DNA of 24,396 nucleotides from a virus. Its lineage: Duplodnaviria > Caudoviricetes. Under the pieces are notes generated by a model that saw only the letters and a program-made list of their open reading frames with translations, had not been told where the DNA came from and searched no databases. Positions 7,692 to 13,342 of the stretch are shown piece after piece. The DNA lies in IMG/VR virus record IMGVR_UViG_3300009146_000037, positions 1 through 24,396 of that record. One strand, 5' to 3'. Numbering within the stretch: position 1 is the stretch's first letter; each line of letters starts with the position of its first letter. Made by a program: the position numbers and the translations under genes.

Positions 7692-8603
7692 TCAGATGAG
7701 GTCCTTGAGGTCCTCAAGGATGGCGTCGGCGCGCTTGGTGAGGTCCTTACGCAGGCTCTCGCTTGTCTTGATATCCTCGATGTCGATGCCCTCGAAGGCG
7801 TCAAGTTTATCCGCAATCGACGTCATCAGCGGATTGTTGTCGAGGTTGAACGAGCGGAACACCTTGGCGATATCCTGCACGTGGGTGATCGTCGTCTCAT
7901 AAAGGCGGGCACTGGACGAAACAACGCCGCGCGCCTTCTCGTCCTCGACCTTGTCGAAGGTGGTGATGCGATCGACCAGATGCTGCAGCGGCTCGGCGAC
8001 ACGGGTCAGCGCATCGTTGACGGCAGTCGAATAGGCCGCCTCGATGCTGCGCTCGAACTGCCGGCGCATCTCCGCCTCGACTTCCTTGGTGACGCCACGC
8101 GCCGAGAAGGTGTCGGTGTCGGGTATCTGCGACATCGAATATTCGAGCGAGTAGGCGTCGCGGATTTCCTCCTCGGTCGGCGGCTCGACGTTGTAGGTGC
8201 CCTTGTTGGCGTGTGCGGTGGCGATCAGCTGCGGCGCATCGGCGACCAGCTGGGCGACCTTCTCGTCGTACTGCTTCTTGATCGGCATGTATTCCTGCAG
8301 CCAGTCGTTCATCATGCCGTTCGACAACAGGCGCTGGTTCTCGCCCCATGCGGTGGTCATCTCCTTGAGCTTGTTCTGCGCAAGTTTACCCAAGTCAGAG
8401 ACTTCCTTGCAGCGATGCTCGCAGCCGGCCATGCGGGAGGCAAAGGTGCGGCCGGTGCCGGCCTGTGCGTTGTGCGCGCGGTCGGATTCCAGTGACGCCT
8501 GCTTGTCGAAGCGCTTGAGGCCGAGCGACGAGGTCGAGACCTTGGCGATGGTGGCGACCTGCCCGAGCATGGCGGACAGGCGGGGCTTGGGTTGTGCGTT
8601 CAT
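7692..8603 (-). CDS. DUF3150-like helical phage protein
   Basis: 303 aa, all-helical; TTAWGENQRLLSN, PPTEEEIRDAYSL, FNLDNNP resemble the protein that usually accompanies phage AAA/vWA pairs. Family name recalled, not searched. Confidence 0.6.
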   Translation of the reverse strand: MNAQPKPRLSAMLGQVATIAKVSTSSLGLKRFDKQASLESDRAHNAQAGTGRTFASRMAGCEHRCKEVSDLGKLAQNKLKEMTTAWGENQRLLSNGMMNDWLQEYMPIKKQYDEKVAQLVADAPQLIATAHANKGTYNVEPPTEEEIRDAYSLEYSMSQIPDTDTFSARGVTKEVEAEMRRQFERSIEAAYSTAVNDALTRVAEPLQHLVDRITTFDKVEDEKARGVVSSSARLYETTITHVQDIAKVFRSFNLDNNPLMTSIADKLDAFEGIDIEDIKTSESLRKDLTKRADAILEDLKDLI

Positions 8604-8664
8604 GTCAGTGGTCCTGTTGGTTTGTATGGTGCAGATGATCCTACACCATGCATTTGTGTTACGT

Positions 8665-8686
8665 CTAGGGTAGCCTGTGGATAATG
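8665..8686 (-). promoter_or_regulatory. Bipartite repeated motif copy 2
   Basis: CTAGGGTAG-CCTGTGGA-TAATG, intergenic. Confidence 0.6.
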
Positions 8687-8690
8687 CGGA

Positions 8691-8882
8691 TTAGTTGAGG
8701 AAACTGTCGTCGCGGTCGTAGGCATCGTACTCGTCGAATGAGGCTTGGCATTCGGATACCAAGTAGCCGTCATTGACGCAGTGCCCCATGCGCATGTCGT
8801 CGAAAGTTTTGTCTACGATGGCGATAGCCACCAGAAGCGCCGCCACCACGGCAGCGCCCTTGATCCAGTCCATGCGTTCCAT
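8691..8882 (-). CDS. small membrane-anchored protein
   Basis: 63 aa; hydrophobic AAVVAALLVAIAIV, a Cys pair and an acidic tail. Confidence 0.65.
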   Translation of the reverse strand: MERMDWIKGAAVVAALLVAIAIVDKTFDDMRMGHCVNDGYLVSECQASFDEYDAYDRDDSFLN

Positions 8883-8897
8883 GATAGCGAATCCTTC

Positions 8898-9098
8898 TCA
8901 GCGCTCCGGCCTTGGCGAGGGGATCGGTGCTGTCTCGGGCAGGATGATCCTGTCCTCTTTCAGCGCCTCGGTGGTGAATGGCTGCGCTTCGCAGCGGATG
9001 GCGATCTCGGGGATCAGCGACGGGCATTCGGCCATTTGCTGATTGCCGGGCGGCAGCAGGAGATAGGCCAGCAGCGCTGGGGTGAGCAGGATATCCAT
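8898..9098 (-). CDS. small putative secreted/membrane protein
   Basis: 66 aa; hydrophobic N-terminus, Cys pair, Pro-rich end; AAGGACCAC RBS. Confidence 0.65.
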   Translation of the reverse strand: MDILLTPALLAYLLLPPGNQQMAECPSLIPEIAIRCEAQPFTTEALKEDRIILPETAPIPSPRPER

Positions 9099-9099
9099 G

Positions 9100-9192
9100 T
9101 CAGTGGTCCTTGTTGTCGAGGATGAAGAGAAGCAGCATCACCCATGCGAGGGTGACGCCGCCGATTGCGGTGGCGAGGATGAGTGGCATCAT
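9100..9192 (-). CDS. single-TM microprotein (30 aa)
   Basis: MMPLILATAIGGVTLAWVMLLLFILDNKDH; ATGA-coupled to the upstream gene. Confidence 0.55.
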   Translation of the reverse strand: MMPLILATAIGGVTLAWVMLLLFILDNKDH

Positions 9193-9785
9193 CTGAGCAC
9201 CTCGACGGCGCTCCAGCCATCCTCGGCGGTGATCCAGTAAACGTCCGGCTGTCTGGTGGTCATCATCGCGGTGACGATGTTGGCCGGCACCCCCCACTCG
9301 GCCATGGCGCGGGCCACCAGCGTGGTCAGCGCCAGTGCGCCCTGATCCTCGCCCTGATCGTCGCCGAGCGTGCCGTCGGCATTGGCGGCGAAGGCGGAGA
9401 TGGCGTGAACGCCGAGCCTTGAGGTGGTGAACACGACTTTATGCTGGCCAGCAGCAAAGACCACGGCACACATCGATACGCATTCGTCGGTCTTGCCGAC
9501 GACCACGTCGATGCCCCATGCGCGGACGAATTCGGCGATTTCCATGCCGGCAATGGCGTCGCCGCCGGGCGAGTTGAGGAAAATGCGTTCGACGACGGCG
9601 CGGCCGTACTTTTTCTCGGCGGCCTTGCCTGCGGCATGCAGACGATCGACGTCGCCAGCGACGATCTCGCCGGTCATCACCAGCGATTTGCCCTTGTTGA
9701 TCGGCTTGAAGGTGGCGGCATTAGCGCTGCCTATGGCGCATGATAGCGCCAGCGCGGCCATCGCCGCGCCAATGATGCGTTTCAT
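9189..9785 (-). CDS. secreted ClpP/crotonase-fold periplasmic protein
   Basis: Signal peptide MKRIIGAAMAALALSCAIGSANA; GEIVAGD, FLNSPGGD, CVSMC (Ser), LGVH (His) motifs of the ClpP-like fold. Confidence 0.8.
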   Translation of the reverse strand: MKRIIGAAMAALALSCAIGSANAATFKPINKGKSLVMTGEIVAGDVDRLHAAGKAAEKKYGRAVVERIFLNSPGGDAIAGMEIAEFVRAWGIDVVVGKTDECVSMCAVVFAAGQHKVVFTTSRLGVHAISAFAANADGTLGDDQGEDQGALALTTLVARAMAEWGVPANIVTAMMTTRQPDVYWITAEDGWSAVEVLR

Positions 9786-9810
9786 TTCTTTTGGTCCTGT
9801 TGGTTAGAGG

Positions 9811-9918
9811 TCAGTCAAGAAAAGGAGTGGCGAGCAGGGCAATGATCGCCAAGGCGACCAGCCCGAGGTCAAATGCCAGCATGGCATCGGCGAACAGGTA
9901 TCCGGACCAGAGGTTCAT
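9811..9918 (-). CDS. single-TM microprotein (35 aa)
   Basis: Manual: MNLWSGYLFADAMLAFDLGLVALAIIALLATPFLD; GGAG RBS, ATGA overlap. Confidence 0.55.
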   Translation of the reverse strand: MNLWSGYLFADAMLAFDLGLVALAIIALLATPFLD

Positions 9919-10094
9919 GACGGTTCTCCGATGCAGACAAGGCCGATGCCCGGCACACGCTCGACGGCGTAGGTATTGAAGGCGCAGTCATCCTCGGCCG
10001 CGACGGGGCGGACGTACTGGGTGAAGATGGCGAAGAGGCCAACGATTGCTGCGATAATGCCAGCCGACAGGGCCAGGGTTAGTGCGTTGTTCAT
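9915..10094 (-). CDS. small membrane-anchored protein (59 aa)
   Basis: Manual: MNNALTLALSAGIIAAIVGLFAIFTQYVRPVAAEDDCAFNTYAVERVPGIGLVCIGEPS; TM helix plus Cys pair. Confidence 0.65.
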   Translation of the reverse strand: MNNALTLALSAGIIAAIVGLFAIFTQYVRPVAAEDDCAFNTYAVERVPGIGLVCIGEPS

Positions 10095-10264
10095 GTCGAT
10101 GGTCCCTGTTGGTTGAGTGCGTTAGCGGCCTGTTGCAGCGCTTGCGTTGCAATTGCCATGTTGGATGATGCCTGCCGTTCGTTGTCGTAGTTGACGCGGC
10201 AAAGAGCTTGCAGCGCATTGGCAATGCGATCAGTGGCGTAGATGACGCTTTCCTTGCGGGTCAT
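10091..10264 (-). CDS. small helical hypothetical protein (57 aa)
   Basis: Manual: MTRKESVIYATDRIANALQALCRVNYDNERQ...; AAGGA RBS; ATGA overlap downstream. Confidence 0.6.
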   Translation of the reverse strand: MTRKESVIYATDRIANALQALCRVNYDNERQASSNMAIATQALQQAANALNQQGPST

Positions 10265-10296
10265 TTCAGCAGTCCTTGTTGCTGGTTGGTTCGCGC

Positions 10297-10322
10297 CACG
10301 AGCGAAATCCCGTTCGCTCGTG
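10297..10322. repeat. Perfect 10-bp stem-loop in a leader region
   Basis: CACGAGCGAA-ATCCCG-TTCGCTCGTG, no U-tract. Confidence 0.7.
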
Positions 10323-10351
10323 CCGCAGTTGGGTTCCGGGTTTGTGCTCGC

Positions 10352-10373
10352 CTAGGGTAGGCGGAGGTTAATG
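10352..10373 (-). promoter_or_regulatory. Bipartite repeated motif copy 3
   Basis: CTAGGGTAG-GCGGAGGT-TAATG, intergenic. Confidence 0.6.
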
Positions 10374-10402
10374 CCAGTCAGGCCTTATTCGTCGTCCGAT
10401 CA

Positions 10403-10426
10403 AAACGAACGTCTAGACGTTCGTTT
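10403..10426. repeat. Perfect 24-bp palindrome
   Basis: AAACGAACGTCT|AGACGTTCGTTT, no spacer. Confidence 0.9.
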
Positions 10427-10625
10427 CGCCGTGAAAGCCGAGCACGAGAACGCCATCGGCGCTGCTGAGGAAGGTTGCCGGAGCGATGTCGGTGAAGTGA
10501 CGCGGATGTTTCGGCGCGTTCAGCGCATGATAGCGCTTGGTGACGCAGAAGCTCAGGCACAGGCGGCCGATCTTGACGAAGCGGATGCCGCCGACTTTCC
10601 TTGTCGAGATGTTAATGATGTTCAT
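10413..10625 (-). CDS. hypothetical phage protein
   Basis: 70 aa (KVGGIRFVKIGRLCLSFCVT), GAGG RBS, ATGA overlap. Confidence 0.65.
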   Translation of the reverse strand: MNIINISTRKVGGIRFVKIGRLCLSFCVTKRYHALNAPKHPRHFTDIAPATFLSSADGVLVLGFHGETNV

Positions 10626-10903
10626 TCGATGATCCCCTCTTGTGGCCAGTTGCCGGCCGATGCGTTGGAGCGGTTGACGATGTCGCGGCGGGTGAACAGG
10701 GCGAGCGCGGTGCGCGGGCCAATGCCCGAGCCGATCATGTCGCCATTGGTGGCGAAGGCGCGCCAGCGTTTGTTGCGGTCGTAGACGCCCGGCCGTTGCA
10801 AGGTGCCGGCGATTTCCTCACCCTTGTAGACGGTGAACCAGCGTTGATCGGAACGCGTGGTGACGCTGTAGTCACCATGGTTGGCAGTGAATTCGATCGG
10901 CAT
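10622..10903 (-). CDS. hypothetical phage protein
   Basis: 93 aa, AAGGT RBS. Confidence 0.7.
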   Translation of the reverse strand: MPIEFTANHGDYSVTTRSDQRWFTVYKGEEIAGTLQRPGVYDRNKRWRAFATNGDMIGSGIGPRTALALFTRRDIVNRSNASAGNWPQEGIIE

Positions 10904-10909
10904 GGTGGT

Positions 10910-11146
10910 TTACCTTGGTTCGAGGTGGAGCTTGTCTGCATGCACGAGGTTGGTCGACAGCACACGGCCATGCTCGCCATTGTCCCAGTCGATATGGATG
11001 AGGTTGACGCCCTTGCGGACTTCCAGCCCGACCGCAGCGATGGTGCCACGCTTCGATGCGCTGGCATGGCTGAAATCGCAGATGTTGCGCAGGAACGTGG
11101 CGGAGATGGCGACGCGGTCGCCATCGTTGAATTGACGGTTCATCAT
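10910..11146 (-). CDS. small SH3/KOW-like beta-barrel protein
   Basis: 78 aa from ATG 11146: FNDGDRVAI...RGTIAAV...IHIDWDNGEHGRVLSTNL; AGGAGG RBS. Confidence 0.65.
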   Translation of the reverse strand: MMNRQFNDGDRVAISATFLRNICDFSHASASKRGTIAAVGLEVRKGVNLIHIDWDNGEHGRVLSTNLVHADKLHLEPR

Positions 11147-11379
11147 TTGCCTCCTGTATGGAAGTGATTGTGCTTGTGCATGAAGTAGGCGTAGCACTCC
11201 AACAGGTTCTGAGCGCCGTAGTCCTTGCGCAACAGGTCATCCTGCATGGTGTCGTTCGCCATGTTCATGAGGCGGAGGTACTTCTCCGCCATCGGAAGGC
11301 GCTTGTAGTCATGCGCCAGTTCGGCACGTTCGATGAAGGACAAGGCCGTGCGAACGGCAGCGTTGGACAGTTCGAGCAT
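11143..11379 (-). CDS. hypothetical phage protein
   Basis: 78 aa, AAAGGA RBS. Confidence 0.7.
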   Translation of the reverse strand: MLELSNAAVRTALSFIERAELAHDYKRLPMAEKYLRLMNMANDTMQDDLLRKDYGAQNLLECYAYFMHKHNHFHTGGK

Positions 11380-11432
11380 GTTGCGATCCTTTCGCGATCG
11401 AGCGGCCGGAGGCCGCGAGGAGCGTCAGAGTG

Positions 11433-12023
11433 TCAGGCAAGGCACTCCACGTGGTAAGCCGACACCATGTCGGCAGAAGTGAGGGATTTGTTGGCGCGGT
11501 TGCCGGCGACGAATTCGCACCATGTGTTCCACCAATGGCGCGAACCGCCAGTGTCGGTACAGATGCGGACATAGTCGGCGATCTTTTTCCGCTTGGTGGA
11601 AGGTTTAACCGATTTGGCGAGCTTGAATGCAGCCTCGCCAAGGCCCAGCCGGCGCAGGTTATGGGTATCGAGACATGCAACTTCCAGTCCGCATATCTGG
11701 GCGACGAAAGAGGCCTTGACGATGCCGAGACCCGGCACGTTGGAGAGCACGTCAATGCATCCGATGACGTCGTTGACGTCGACTGCGGCAGTGATTGCGG
11801 CATGCAGAACGACCGCATGCTCGACGGCATAAGCGTAACCGAGGCGCTTCGAACCGAACAGATATTTCGATTCTGCACCATTGATTTTGATGTCGGCCAT
11901 CTGATTTTTGACCGACTGAAGCGGTTGCTGGATGGTCGCCAGCACAAATCCGATGACATCGACGAGGCCTTGCGGCGACGAAAGAGCATGCGAACGCATG
12001 CGCGGCATGTCGCGATCGTACAT
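11433..12023 (-). CDS. HhH-GPD superfamily DNA glycosylase-like protein
   Basis: LSNVPGLGIVKASFVAQICGLEVACLDTHNLRRLG = helix-hairpin-helix followed by a conserved Asp; no C-terminal FeS motif. ATG 12023 preferred (GGACC RBS). Confidence 0.7.
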   Translation of the reverse strand: MYDRDMPRMRSHALSSPQGLVDVIGFVLATIQQPLQSVKNQMADIKINGAESKYLFGSKRLGYAYAVEHAVVLHAAITAAVDVNDVIGCIDVLSNVPGLGIVKASFVAQICGLEVACLDTHNLRRLGLGEAAFKLAKSVKPSTKRKKIADYVRICTDTGGSRHWWNTWCEFVAGNRANKSLTSADMVSAYHVECLA

Positions 12024-12061
12024 TTCTGGGTCCAATTTGTTGGTTTGAGGCAGCTAACTGT

Positions 12062-12083
12062 CTAGGGAAACGGACAATTAGTG
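12062..12083 (-). promoter_or_regulatory. Bipartite repeated motif copy 4
   Basis: CTAGGGAAA-CGGACAAT-TAGTG, about 40 bp upstream of the first early gene. Confidence 0.55.
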
Positions 12084-12274
12084 CAATTTAGACGGCAAAT
12101 TTCCTAATGAATTCAGCGTTTGAGGCAATTGTCTAATTGTCCACGCGATTTCAGCATGGAGTACGTGTGTATGTGATTCGGAATTTTTTTTTTTTTTCGA
12201 AAATGGGTCCCTCTTATATACTGACTGTTTTTTCACACAGACAATAAGGACACCAACCCACAACCGACCGACCT

Positions 12275-12305
12275 TGAACCCTTACTACGTAGTAGTAAGG
12301 GTTCA
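12275..12305. repeat. Perfect 14-bp inverted repeat with 3-nt loop
   Basis: TGAACCCTTACTAC-GTA-GTAGTAAGGGTTCA. Confidence 0.9.
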
Positions 12306-12842
12306 GATTCGGTTTTCCGATGGTGTTTAATGGTCGAAAGATGCTGTCCTGCTACCGGAGGTAAGGGACAGTTACGTTTACGTAAGTCCCGTGGTGTCGT
12401 TTCACCTCTGCCGACTGGTATGGAATGTTTCCATACTACGGCTGGTACGCAGCGGGGTGCTGCAGCTAGGACTATGTTTAACGTCGTTTGCCCAAGCTCT
12501 TGGACGTGCCGTCCGCCGAACGCATGCGTCAGGCGAACAAGCTTAAGTTGTATCGGTTTCCTTTCCGTCGTGGCAGCGATGCCGGACCAGAGAAAGGTTA
12601 CGCCGGACTTGTACCGGGTGCTGCAACATCCATTTGCGGATATGCTGTTGGCGCGCTCGGTGGTGTATCGTCTCCCCCGGGTTAGCGATGGTCGCAGTTC
12701 GCCCATCAAAGCCCGATGGGTTAGCGTGCATCACGTACCGGGCAAGCCCCGAAACGCATCTCCTCTTGTCGCGGCCAGTAGCGCGCTCGCCCTAGCCTCA
12801 TGTCTCGCCCGGTGATGTTGGCGGTATGCACTGCACTTCCAC

Positions 12843-12864
12843 CTAGGGAACGCGGCCGATAATG
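12843..12864 (-). promoter_or_regulatory. Bipartite repeated motif copy 5
   Basis: CTAGGGAAC-GCGGCCGA-TAATG; shares GATAATGCGGA with copy 2. Confidence 0.6.
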
Positions 12865-12867
12865 CGG

Positions 12868-12925
12868 AAAGGGGCGGGCAGGGGCGGGCACCCGGCCAAC
12901 GCCCCCCACCCCCCGCGCCTTTTTT
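12868..12925 (+). terminator. GC-rich hairpin + T6, possible intrinsic terminator (also G-quadruplex-capable)
   Basis: AAAGGGGCGGG...CCCGCGCCTTTTTT; contains tandem GGGGCGGGCA x2. Confidence 0.4.
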
Positions 12926-12969
12926 AGGTGCTAGCGAAATACAGGTGAGAAAAAACCCATGTAACACAA

Positions 12970-12998
12970 TTGAATTTAGCCGCTGTCCAAACTATGTT
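12970..12998 (+). promoter_or_regulatory. Putative sigma70 promoter
   Basis: TTGAAT-N17-TATGTT, followed by AGGAG RBS and ATG 13026. Confidence 0.55.
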
Positions 12999-13025
12999 GC
13001 GGCCCATCAGGAGACCCGTAACCCC

Positions 13026-13337
13026 ATGCCTTTCCAGCAGAAACCAGCCACCCTGAGACCCCTGCCGACGCGCGTCACCCAACGCCAGTACGATCGCCTC
13101 ATGCAGCACCGGGCGCGCGACCATCTGTCGATCCAGGAGCATGTCAGAAGGTCGTTGGATTATTACCTGGAGATGCTCGACAAACGCTGGGAGCGCGAGA
13201 TGATGCTCTCCGGCAAGGCCAATGATGTCGTAAAAGAGCCTCAACCTGTGGCGAAAAAGCTGGCCGTGCCGAAGGTCCCGGCCGTAAAAACCACGGAAAA
13301 AACCCCGAAATCAGCCCCCAAACTGGTCTTCAGGTGA
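13026..13337 (+). CDS. ribbon-helix-helix (Arc/CopG-like) DNA-binding protein
   Basis: LPTRVTQRQYDRLMQHRARDHLSIQEHVRRSLDYYL fits the strand-helix-helix pattern; Lys/Pro-rich tail; AGGAG RBS supports ATG 13026. Confidence 0.7.
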   Translation: MPFQQKPATLRPLPTRVTQRQYDRLMQHRARDHLSIQEHVRRSLDYYLEMLDKRWEREMMLSGKANDVVKEPQPVAKKLAVPKVPAVKTTEKTPKSAPKLVFR

Positions 13338-13342
13338 GAAAA

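Noticed and set aside
7603-7692. Longer 76-aa start for the Cys-rich peptide gene (TGATG overlap at 7692)
   Set aside because: It would bury the signal peptide, and ATG 7602 has the early-arm AAGGACCAC RBS. Not fully excluded.
9189-9785. ClpP-like protein as prohead maturation protease
   Set aside because: It has a signal peptide and lies in the early arm, far from the head genes.
71-12065. Many long plus-strand ORFs over the early arm (e.g. 5088-6206, 6320-6991, 7881-8495, 11430-12065)
   Set aside because: Antisense shadows of GC3-rich minus-strand genes; no RBS or recognisable motifs.
12233-12815. ORFs 12233-12709 (-), 12330-12815 (+), 12543-12734 (-)
   Set aside because: Atypical composition and codon use and no clear RBS; treated as non-coding, though not excluded.
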